From NCBI GenBank assembly GCA_043767805.1, contig JAYUGC010000173.1, positions 1 through 21,715 on the forward strand: DNA of 21,715 bases, given 5' to 3'. How positions within the stretch are numbered: position 1 is the first letter of the stretch; each line of letters opens with the position of its first letter. Below are positions 8,503 through 16,381 of this stretch, one piece after another. The position numbers and the translations under genes were made by a program. Source of the DNA: Pseudomonadota bacterium. GTDB lineage: Bacteria > Bdellovibrionota > FAC87 > UBA2466. A model generated the notes under the pieces. It was not told the origin of the DNA. It saw only the letters and a list, made by a program, of their open reading frames with translations, and made no database searches.

Positions 8503-8775
8503 CTAGTCCAAAAATTCTTTGAATTCCTTGCCGGCGCGGAAGCGGGGTACCCACATGGCGCGGATCTGGATGGGCTTACCCGTTTGCGGGTTGCGGCCCT
8601 TGCGCGCTTTCCGCTTGGAGCGGAGGAAAGTGCCGAATCCGATCAACCGGACGTCCTCGCCTTTTTTCAACGCTTTCTTCGTGGCGTCGATGGTGGCTTC
8701 CAGCACGCGCTGGCAATCCGCTTTAGTCAGATGGGTCTCTTCGGCAATTTTCGCGATCAGGTCGTTCTTGTTCAA
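8503..8775 (-). CDS. hup: DNA-binding protein HU
   Basis: MNKNDLI...GFGTF...RKGRNPQTG...VPRFRAGK. TTG start with GAGGAGG RBS. Confidence 0.95.
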   Translation of the reverse strand: MNKNDLIAKIAEETHLTKADCQRVLEATIDATKKALKKGEDVRLIGFGTFLRSKRKARKGRNPQTGKPIQIRAMWVPRFRAGKEFKEFLD

Positions 8776-8822
8776 GTTGTCCTCCTCAGAAGTTGTTGTC
8801 GAATCTCAAAAAAGAAGTTCAC

Positions 8823-8851
8823 AATATAGATAAGCGAGGATCATCGTGCAA
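8823..8851 (-). promoter_or_regulatory. Sigma-70-type promoter for HU
   Basis: Minus strand TTGCAC-17 nt-TATATT, about 48 bp upstream of the start. Confidence 0.6.
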
Positions 8852-8876
8852 GCGGGGAAATATCCGCGGCGGCAGA

Positions 8877-9752
8877 TTAGAAGGATGCTTTCAAGGCGGC
8901 GACCAGCTGTCTGGTAACGCGTGTCTGCACCCGGTTCTGCGGCCAGAGCACCGCGATGTTAACGGGAGCGTTCCAATTCTCCACGTTTATCGTCGATAAA
9001 GCGCTTCGTTTCGCGATCCAGTCCGGAAGAAAAGTCCAGCCATCGCTCAAACGGGTTTTCTCCACCGCGATCTCGTAGTTGTCGAAGATTAGATCCACCT
9101 TAGGCTGGATGCCGTGCTTCACGAATACGGGATGCGTCTCGCAGTTCTCGATCCCTTGAAACGATTTAGGAAGCGTCGCGGGATACTCAGTTATTTTCTT
9201 CAGGACGTTCGTCTTTTTTGTTTTCAAAACAGGATGGCCTTTGCGCACCGCGATCACTAATTGGCCTTCGTATACGGGAAGGATATCGACAGACGGATGT
9301 GACTGAGGACTGAAGCAAACACCGAAGTCGTACTCACCGGCGCTGACGCCGGCGTACACCGCCGCCGAACGAAGCGTGTAAATTTCCGCGGTGAGCTTCG
9401 GGTTTTCGTTTTGGATTTTCACCCACGCGGGACAAAGGAGCTCGCTGGCGAGTAAATGACTCGCGGCAAGCTTGTAGTTGCCCTGAAGTTCCGCGTCATC
9501 GCTGGTGAGCTCTTCGCGGATGTTATCGACGTCGAGAAGGAGGCGAGTCGCGCGCTCGGCTAAGATTTTACCGTGGGATGTGAGGCGGATGTTCTTGCCC
9601 TGCTTCTCGAAGAGCGGGCGGCCCAGCTCTTCTTCGAGAAGAGCGATGCCATGACTGATGGCGCTCGGGCTGATGGCCAGCACTTTGGCGGCTTTGCCGA
9701 TGTGCTGTTGTTTGGCCGTCTCCAGGAAGTAGAGGAGCTGGTGCAACTTCAT
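8877..9752 (-). CDS. LysR family transcriptional regulator
   Basis: N-terminal HTH (HIGKAAKVLAISPSAISHGIALLEEELGRPLF...LTSHG), 291 aa, with a substrate-binding domain. Confidence 0.93.
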   Translation of the reverse strand: MKLHQLLYFLETAKQQHIGKAAKVLAISPSAISHGIALLEEELGRPLFEKQGKNIRLTSHGKILAERATRLLLDVDNIREELTSDDAELQGNYKLAASHLLASELLCPAWVKIQNENPKLTAEIYTLRSAAVYAGVSAGEYDFGVCFSPQSHPSVDILPVYEGQLVIAVRKGHPVLKTKKTNVLKKITEYPATLPKSFQGIENCETHPVFVKHGIQPKVDLIFDNYEIAVEKTRLSDGWTFLPDWIAKRSALSTINVENWNAPVNIAVLWPQNRVQTRVTRQLVAALKASF

Positions 9753-9864
9753 GGTCGCACGCTACCAGAGCACTCCGGGCTTATAAACCAGGAAAGGAGC
9801 TAGGACTACCCGACCGGAGAGGAGGACAAATAACGCCAAAAGCTTGAAACGTGCCCGAACTCCT

Positions 9865-10131
9865 TTACGCCTGAATGAACCGCGAGATCCGTCGCCTCAT
9901 CTGATCCGTCTCCAACGCCAGCGTATTCCCAATCTTACGCTCCAAACGGGTCTTGGACTGACTCAGGCGATCGATGAGGTGGCGCATATCGATATGCTTC
10001 AGGGGTGAAACCCGCGCCCGATTGCCAGCCACGGACTTAAGCTCCCGCAACGTCCGCTCGAGATCCTGATAGACCCGCACTAATTCCAGAAGCTTGTGCT
10101 TCTGGCTGATGACTCGTTTTGCTTTTGCCAT
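9865..10131 (-). CDS. Small basic helical hypothetical protein
   Basis: 88-aa ORF from ATG 10131 (GGGAAG upstream; alternative start 10203), co-oriented with its neighbours. Amphipathic coiled-coil-like pattern. No recognised family. Confidence 0.5.
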   Translation of the reverse strand: MAKAKRVISQKHKLLELVRVYQDLERTLRELKSVAGNRARVSPLKHIDMRHLIDRLSQSKTRLERKIGNTLALETDQMRRRISRFIQA

Positions 10132-10218
10132 GGCTTCCCAAGATTTTTTTGGAACACCTAAGGTGCCAGAGCTGATGAGCCCTAGCAAACCGGGGCGCAT
10201 CATGAAGCTTCCCGCCGT

Positions 10219-10929
10219 TTAGAACGTCGGGAGGAAGAACGAAAGTCCGCCAAATACGGCGAAATTGCTCTTCATGGAACGGCTTCCGTACACCTGCGAC
10301 ATGACCACGTAATCGCGGAAGTCGAGGTTCAGAGCCATGGCGGAGTTCAGGAAAACGCGAAAGCCCATGCCGAAGTTGAGCATGGGATCGAAACCCGTTT
10401 TGACTACCGATTGCGTCGGCGCGGTGCTCGTGCCGGTGGAAACGAACTTGAGCGTCTCCGTGTTGGCGGCTCCGACGCCTGCCAGGAAATAGAGATCGAG
10501 GTGCATGACCTGGCGGCCGAAGAAGCGGATTTTTCCGTAAAGGGGAGACAAGACGAAGTTCGTGCCGAACATCATCTTGAGCTTCACCGTTTGCAGATTG
10601 GTGATGCCTTGGGCCTGAACGAGGTTGGTGGTGAAACCGGCCACCGTGGGAAAGGTGAGCATGGCATCGATGACTTCCCAGCCATAATGATCGCTCAAGT
10701 GCCAGGTGAGCCGCCCGCCCGCCATGACGTGATTAATGACGCTATCGTAAGGCATGACGCCGACCACGCCGCCCACTTCGAGCCGACCCGCCTTGTAATA
10801 AATCTTCTGGCGAACGACGGAGTTGACCGAGCGCTCGTAGTCCTTTTGCGGATCGCTCGCCGCGGAAACGGATCCAAAGGCACTCGAAGTAAAAATCAAG
10901 CTGACCAGACAGCCCAGGACGATTTTCAT
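10219..10929 (-). CDS. Outer-membrane beta-barrel protein, TIGR04565 (myxobacterial/Bdellovibrio GltA/B/H-like) type
   Basis: Signal peptide, VVRQKIYYKAGRLEV, PLYGKI, DLYFLAGVG, LDFRDY and C-terminal GLSFFLP match the remembered family pattern. Confidence 0.7.
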   Translation of the reverse strand: MKIVLGCLVSLIFTSSAFGSVSAASDPQKDYERSVNSVVRQKIYYKAGRLEVGGVVGVMPYDSVINHVMAGGRLTWHLSDHYGWEVIDAMLTFPTVAGFTTNLVQAQGITNLQTVKLKMMFGTNFVLSPLYGKIRFFGRQVMHLDLYFLAGVGAANTETLKFVSTGTSTAPTQSVVKTGFDPMLNFGMGFRVFLNSAMALNLDFRDYVVMSQVYGSRSMKSNFAVFGGLSFFLPTF

Positions 10930-10965
10930 GGTGATGACCTAAGGGAAAGTAAGGAAAGTAATTAC

Positions 10966-10994
10966 ATTGTCACATGACGGCGAGAAGTTCTCAA
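10966..10994 (-). promoter_or_regulatory. Possible sigma-70 promoter for the OM barrel gene
   Basis: Minus strand TTGAGA-17 nt-GACAAT with a TG extension, followed by a 9-bp tandem repeat (10944-10961). Confidence 0.35.
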
Positions 10995-11005
10995 GACTGG
11001 GCGCC

Positions 11006-13072
11006 TTAAAGAGAACTAACCGGGTCGACGTCGATGGCCATTTGGACGGGGTATTTCAGGCGCTCCGCGTAATCTTGCACGATGCGTAGCACGCTCTGCA
11101 GTTCGCGTACGGTGCCGCCCTTTACCATGCAGTGCCAGCGGTAGAGATTCTTGATCTTGGCGATGGGCGCTTCCGCGGGACCGGTCACTTCACATTGCCA
11201 GCCGTGCTTTTTCACCGTTTCGCGAACGCCGGCCGCAACGCTCTGGGCAAACTGCTCCACCTTCGCCGCATTGGAGTGCTGAAAACGGATCATGGCGAGC
11301 CGCTGAAACGGCGGGAACCCAAAGCGCTCCCTGCCCGCTAGCTCCGATCGGAAAAAATCCTCATCGCGATGCTCGGCGGCCGCTTGAAGTACGGGGTGAT
11401 CGGGGTTCAAAGTTTGAATGACGACTTCACCCGCAACTTCCGCCCGGCCCGCGCGCCCGGAGACTTGAGTCAAAATCTGAAACGTCCGCTCGTAAGCGCG
11501 GAAATCCGGCTGATTCAGGCTCGCGTCCGCGACCAAAATGCCGACGAGCGCAATGCCCGGAAAATCGTGCCCCTTGGCGATCATCTGCGTGCCGACGACG
11601 ATGTCGACTTCCCGCCGGACGATGGCGTTCAAGACGTCTTCCAAGTCCTTACGGGTTTTGATCACGCTGCGATCCATGCGCGCGGTCCGGGCTTTCGGGA
11701 AAATCTCCTTGATCGATGCCTCGACTTGCTCGGTGCCGAGACCCAGCTCTTTGAGCGAATTTCCCTGACACTCGCTGCAAAGGCACGGCGGCTCTATCTC
11801 CACGGCGCAGTAATGGCATTTCAAAAGCGGCGGATAGCGGTAGTAGGTCAAAGCGACGTCGCAGTTCTTGCAACGCCAGGTGTGCCCGCAGTCCGCGCAA
11901 AATAGAAAATGCGCGAAACCCAAGCGGTTCAAAAACAGCATGACCTGATGGCCGTTGGTCAGCGCCTGGTTCATTTTCGAGACGAGAACCTTACTGAGCC
12001 ACGGGTGCTGATAGGAATAAGCCGCTTCCTTGACCCGCAAGTCCACGAAAGTGGTCTTCGGCATGGGCCGTTCCATCACGCGCTTCAAGAGGCGGATGTG
12101 GGCGTATTTCCCCTGACGGCTGTTGTAATAACTCTCGAGCGAAGGCGTCGCCGAGCCGAGCACAACGCGCGCGCCGCAAAGCTTGGCGCGCACCACCGCG
12201 AGATCGCGAGCGTGATAGCGAAGGGAATCTTCCTGCTTGTAAGACGTCTCGTGCTCTTCGTCGACGACGATGAGGCCGATGTCTCTAAGCGGCGCGAACA
12301 CCGCCGAGCGAGCTCCCACCACCACGCGCGCGATGCCCTTGCGAATGCGCTCCCACTGAACGAATCTTTCCTTTGGGGTGATGTCGCTATGAAGGACTGC
12401 GACTTTGCCCGGAAACCGGCTCGAGAAACGGCCGAGTAGCTGCGGGGTCAAAGCGATTTCCGGCACGAGCACGATGGCGCCTCGTCCTTCGGCGAGCACT
12501 TTCTCCAAGACCGCCATGTACACTTCGGTCTTTCCGCTTCCGGTCACGCCTTGCAGAAGAACCGGGCGAGTCTCGGCCCAGACACCGTCGACGGCTTTCG
12601 CCTGCTCGTCGGTCAAGACCGGTTTCGGCACCGCCGAAGCCGTGAGCCCCATTTCGGCGAGCCCCTTATCGTCGGCGGCAAGCGCCTCGATTTTCTTGCG
12701 GCGGGCGTCGGTAAGCTTGAAATACTGTTTCGGCAGGGCCGAGGTCATCACGTCGCCCAAGGGATGGCAGTAATACTCCGCCGTCCATTTCAGAAAGCGA
12801 AAGGTCTGCTCGTCGAGCAGGGGCTCGGCGAAAAGCACGCGCTCGACCGCTTTGAGCTTAGTCTCTGCGACATCCGACTTTTCCGGAAAGCCTAGAACCA
12901 CCGCGTGGGTAGCCTTGTTACGGAAGAAGACTTCGACCACGCTTCCAATCTGAAGATCCGCCAGCTGCGACTCACTAGCTTTGTAGTGGAACGAGCCGTG
13001 GACTCTCGTGGGGATCGCCACATCAACTAGGCCCATCGGAAGGTCGGGGATTAGCGTGGGCTCCTCGATCAT
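11006..13072 (-). CDS. priA: Primosomal protein N' (replication restart helicase)
   Basis: GVTGSGKTEVY, VPEIALTPQ, DEEHE, SATPSLES, four CxxC pairs, GTQMIAKGHDF, QVSGRAGR and C-terminal DVDP. Confidence 0.97.
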   Translation of the reverse strand: MIEEPTLIPDLPMGLVDVAIPTRVHGSFHYKASESQLADLQIGSVVEVFFRNKATHAVVLGFPEKSDVAETKLKAVERVLFAEPLLDEQTFRFLKWTAEYYCHPLGDVMTSALPKQYFKLTDARRKKIEALAADDKGLAEMGLTASAVPKPVLTDEQAKAVDGVWAETRPVLLQGVTGSGKTEVYMAVLEKVLAEGRGAIVLVPEIALTPQLLGRFSSRFPGKVAVLHSDITPKERFVQWERIRKGIARVVVGARSAVFAPLRDIGLIVVDEEHETSYKQEDSLRYHARDLAVVRAKLCGARVVLGSATPSLESYYNSRQGKYAHIRLLKRVMERPMPKTTFVDLRVKEAAYSYQHPWLSKVLVSKMNQALTNGHQVMLFLNRLGFAHFLFCADCGHTWRCKNCDVALTYYRYPPLLKCHYCAVEIEPPCLCSECQGNSLKELGLGTEQVEASIKEIFPKARTARMDRSVIKTRKDLEDVLNAIVRREVDIVVGTQMIAKGHDFPGIALVGILVADASLNQPDFRAYERTFQILTQVSGRAGRAEVAGEVVIQTLNPDHPVLQAAAEHRDEDFFRSELAGRERFGFPPFQRLAMIRFQHSNAAKVEQFAQSVAAGVRETVKKHGWQCEVTGPAEAPIAKIKNLYRWHCMVKGGTVRELQSVLRIVQDYAERLKYPVQMAIDVDPVSSL

Positions 13073-13917
13073 CGATAGCCCAAAAGTATTTTGAGAACCG
13101 GCTCGGCGTTGGAAGACACGCTACTTGTGCGCGCCGCCTGAAATGACTTGCGAAATTCGGCGAGCTGATTAGCTTTCAGGGCTCGCACCGCGGGCACGGT
13201 GGAAACGATGCGCTCGACTCCTTGGGCGGTGAACGTCATGCGCTTGGGGTAAAGACCGATGCCGCCCGGCGCTTTGGTGAAGCCCGCGAAATCCCAGGTG
13301 GTGGTGCCCGCCCCTTCACGCCACTCGAGCCGGGAAATGCCCTTGAAATCGTCGTCAAAATAGACGGCCTTACGAACGGAGCCTTCATCGAGACCGACCA
13401 CCGCGATGGCCGCGCCCGTGGTGAGCCGCGCGAAATAGATATCGTCGTGGAGCTTGAAGAAGCTGCGGCTCTTCCAGGTATTCGGATCGCCCTTGGGCGT
13501 GTACCCGGAGTTAAAAGTAATGAGCTGCTCCCGGTGCACGAACTGCTCGTTCAAAAGCTGGCGGAGAAAATCCTCCGGCGAGGCGCCGACGAAATACTTC
13601 ATGAAGGCGCTCGAGCGCGACGCGAGGGACTGCCCGTTCACCACATAACTTTGCCGTTCCCAAGTGGCACCGATCGTCTGGCCTTGCGTCTTCCAGATCA
13701 CGTGAACGGTGTTGCCTTCGGCCACGATGCGCTCGTCCACCACCGCCTGCTGCCCGCTCGGAAGCTGGATCTTATGGGATAGGACGACTTCCAGGCCCGA
13801 CTGCGGCTTTCGGCCCTCGTAGACGCTTTCGACCATTTCCCTTACGGGCGGGATGTAGCCGAAGGCCAGGCGCGAGAAAGCCAAAAAAACCAAGGCGAGT
13901 TTCGAGGCGTTTTTCAT
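13069..13917 (-). CDS. Hypothetical exported protein
   Basis: Signal peptide from ATG 13917 (MKNASKLALVFLAFSRLAFG). Its stop overlaps the priA start (ATGA). Confidence 0.7.
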   Translation of the reverse strand: MKNASKLALVFLAFSRLAFGYIPPVREMVESVYEGRKPQSGLEVVLSHKIQLPSGQQAVVDERIVAEGNTVHVIWKTQGQTIGATWERQSYVVNGQSLASRSSAFMKYFVGASPEDFLRQLLNEQFVHREQLITFNSGYTPKGDPNTWKSRSFFKLHDDIYFARLTTGAAIAVVGLDEGSVRKAVYFDDDFKGISRLEWREGAGTTTWDFAGFTKAPGGIGLYPKRMTFTAQGVERIVSTVPAVRALKANQLAEFRKSFQAARTSSVSSNAEPVLKILLGYR

Positions 13918-14114
13918 AGCAAGTAGTTTACCCGGCATCGCGTCCCACATCGAGTTCTTGAGACCAACACATCTAACCGAGCCACGTCAAAGAGTCGACC
14001 TGTGGAATTTTCCCCACAACCTGAGTGGGATTCACCCTCGTTTTGCCTCCGCGACAGCGCGCCAAGTCATGAAACAACAGCGTGGTTTCCGGCCTTTAGC
14101 CAAACCGAGGTTTC

Positions 14115-14130
14115 TGGTATGGCTATTGCT
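14115..14130 (+). promoter_or_regulatory. Sigma-54 (-24/-12) promoter immediately upstream of lpxC
   Basis: TGGTATGGCTATTGCT with GG-N10-GC spacing. The GC ends 18 bp before the ATG. Confidence 0.55.
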
Positions 14131-14147
14131 TTGTTTCGCCCTCACCA

Positions 14148-15104
14148 ATGACAGAAGACTTCTTCACTTCGCCTTACGGGTACCGGGTCCAGAAGACTAT
14201 CCGCAAGGAGATCCGTTTCGACGGCATCGGGCTTCACACCGGAGTGAAGACTTCCGTGCGGCTTTTGCCCGCGCCGCCCAATCACGGCTTAATTTTCGAG
14301 CGCATCGACATTCCCCTCTCACCGAAAATCAACGCCCACTATGACTCCGTGGTCTGCACGCGGCTCGCGACGACCTTGGGCTCGGCCGAAGACCCGCGCG
14401 TGCGCATTTCCACCGTGGAACATTTGCTGGCCGCGCTCTTTGGCTCCGGCATCACCAATGTGCTCATTCAGGTCGAGGGACCGGAAATCCCGATTTTGGA
14501 CGGCAGCGCGAGCGGTTTTCTCGACGGGATCTGGGATACGGGCATCGAGCCCCAGGCCTATTCCCACCGCGTCCTCAAAGTGATTAAGCCCGTAAAGGTG
14601 TACCAGCAAGGCGCCGTGTGCGAGCTCCTTCCGCGCGATCGCTTGCGCCTCACTACCTCCATCGATTTCGCTCATCCGAAGGTCGGGACCCAAACGTTTG
14701 CGTTGGAGCTGACGCCCCAGGCTTTCAAAGACGATATTTGCTCGGCCCGCACGTTTGGCTTCATGAAGGACCAGGAAGCGCTTCAGCGAAACAACCTCGC
14801 TTTGGGCGCGTCCACAGACAACGTCTTGGCTTTTTCCGACACCGACATCGTCAATCCGGGCGGCACCCGCTTTCCGGATGAGTGCGTCCGGCACAAGCTT
14901 TTGGACGCTTTGGGCGATCTCGCCCTCTGCGGCTGCTGGATCGAAGGCGAAATGGTGAGCTTCCGCGGGGGGCATTCCATCCACCTCGCCATGCTCCGCG
15001 CCCTTCGGGAACAGCCGACCCACTGGAAGCTCTTTTCTCCCGAGCCTTTGGCGCCTCTGCGCCCCACCCGGCCGACCCAGTTCGCGCCGATTTTCCTCTC
15101 CTAA
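14148..15104 (+). CDS. lpxC: UDP-3-O-acyl-N-acetylglucosamine deacetylase
   Basis: QKTI...GIGLHTG, STVEHLLAAL, EIPILDGSA, ARTFGF, HKLLDALGDL and GGH motifs. Confidence 0.96.
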   Translation: MTEDFFTSPYGYRVQKTIRKEIRFDGIGLHTGVKTSVRLLPAPPNHGLIFERIDIPLSPKINAHYDSVVCTRLATTLGSAEDPRVRISTVEHLLAALFGSGITNVLIQVEGPEIPILDGSASGFLDGIWDTGIEPQAYSHRVLKVIKPVKVYQQGAVCELLPRDRLRLTTSIDFAHPKVGTQTFALELTPQAFKDDICSARTFGFMKDQEALQRNNLALGASTDNVLAFSDTDIVNPGGTRFPDECVRHKLLDALGDLALCGCWIEGEMVSFRGGHSIHLAMLRALREQPTHWKLFSPEPLAPLRPTRPTQFAPIFLS

Positions 15105-15175
15105 AAACAGTTCCCATCTAACGCGTAGCAGAGTAGCGTTTTCCCCTCTGCTTACGGGCAGTTTCGGGGTGTTTT

Positions 15176-16381
15176 GTGGAAGGTTTGGAACCGGCCTTTG
15201 AGGTCGATTTCGCGAGGTTGCGACTCGCGAGATTGCGCAAAGTACAAAAAGAAATGGCCGCGCGCCAAATCGGCGTTCTCGTGCTCACCAATCCGGTCAA
15301 TATTCGCTACGCGACCGACGTTTCGGTCATGCCCATTTGGACCGCTTTGAATCTCGCCCGTTTCGCCGTCATTCCCGTGGAGGGCGACCCGGTGATTTTC
15401 GAGTACGGCAAAGCGCTCTTTCGCGCGACCGCCCTTTGGCCGACGTCGCGGCCCATTCGATCGTGGCAGCTGCGTTTTAGCCAATCCCAAGTTGAAGATA
15501 GCTCCCGCCAGTTCGCGAGCGAAGTGCATGGGCTCATGGCCGAGTGGGGAGTCGCGGGAAGCGCCATCGCGACGGACGTTCTCGATTGCCACGGCTTCAC
15601 GGCGCTTCAAGCTCTGGGCGTTCCGATCGTCGATGCCGATGGCCCGCTGGGCGCGGCCCACAAGATCAAAACTCCGGATGAGTTAGCGCTGCTCTCCCGA
15701 TCCTGTCGCGTCGCCGAAACGGCGCTTTCCGAAATGGAGCGCGCCATCGTTCCGGGGATCAGCGAGAATGAGCTACTCGGAACTTTTTGGGGCAAGATGC
15801 AGGCTTTGGGCGGAGAACATTGCAGCACCCGGCTCATCGTCTCGGGCGAGAAAACGAACCCGTGGTTTTATGAAGCGGGCGAACGGCGAGTGCAGACCGG
15901 AGATCTCGTCGGCATCGATACCGACATGGTCGGCCCCCACGGCTATCTCTGCGACATCTCCCGTACCTTTCTTTGCGGCGACAAGCCGAACGCCGATCAG
16001 TTAGAGGCGTACCGGGTCGCTTACGATTTCATTCAAGGCACGGTCCCGCTCTGCCGCCCGGATGTCAGCTACCGGGAAATCGTCGACAAAGCGCCGCGCT
16101 ACCCCGCGGAGTACGCCGAGCAAGGATACTCTTGCATGGTGCATGGAGACGGGATGGATGACGAACCGCCGTTTCTGCCCTTCCCCCACGACTTGCCGAA
16201 AGCCGTCGTGCCCGAAGGCCGGCTGGAAGCCGGCATGGTACTCAGCGTGGAATTTTACGCGGGCAAAAAAGGAAAGCGCGACGGCGTGAAGCTCGAAGAG
16301 CAGATCGTGGTGACCGCGAACGGCCCTCAACTCCTGTCTCGTTACCCTTACGACCAAAGCCTTTTGGGAGGCCACTCATGA
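15176..16381 (+). CDS. M24 (Xaa-Pro peptidase fold) metalloenzyme, DMSP lyase DddP-like
   Basis: NIRYATD, TRLIVSGEKTNPWFYE, DTDMVGPHGYLCDISRT, YSCMVHGDGMDDEPP, SVEFY and GVKLEEQ resemble the DddP subfamily. GTG start. Confidence 0.8.
   Translation: MEGLEPAFEVDFARLRLARLRKVQKEMAARQIGVLVLTNPVNIRYATDVSVMPIWTALNLARFAVIPVEGDPVIFEYGKALFRATALWPTSRPIRSWQLRFSQSQVEDSSRQFASEVHGLMAEWGVAGSAIATDVLDCHGFTALQALGVPIVDADGPLGAAHKIKTPDELALLSRSCRVAETALSEMERAIVPGISENELLGTFWGKMQALGGEHCSTRLIVSGEKTNPWFYEAGERRVQTGDLVGIDTDMVGPHGYLCDISRTFLCGDKPNADQLEAYRVAYDFIQGTVPLCRPDVSYREIVDKAPRYPAEYAEQGYSCMVHGDGMDDEPPFLPFPHDLPKAVVPEGRLEAGMVLSVEFYAGKKGKRDGVKLEEQIVVTANGPQLLSRYPYDQSLLGGHS

Noticed and set aside
10155..10170. AAGGTGCCAG resembling AAGGTACCAG at 2636
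   Set aside because: Too short and degenerate to assign to the palindrome family without genome-wide counts.
15124..15155. Imperfect hairpin between lpxC and the M24 gene as a riboswitch or terminator
   Set aside because: Short and bulged, with no U tract directly after the stem and no recognisable aptamer consensus.
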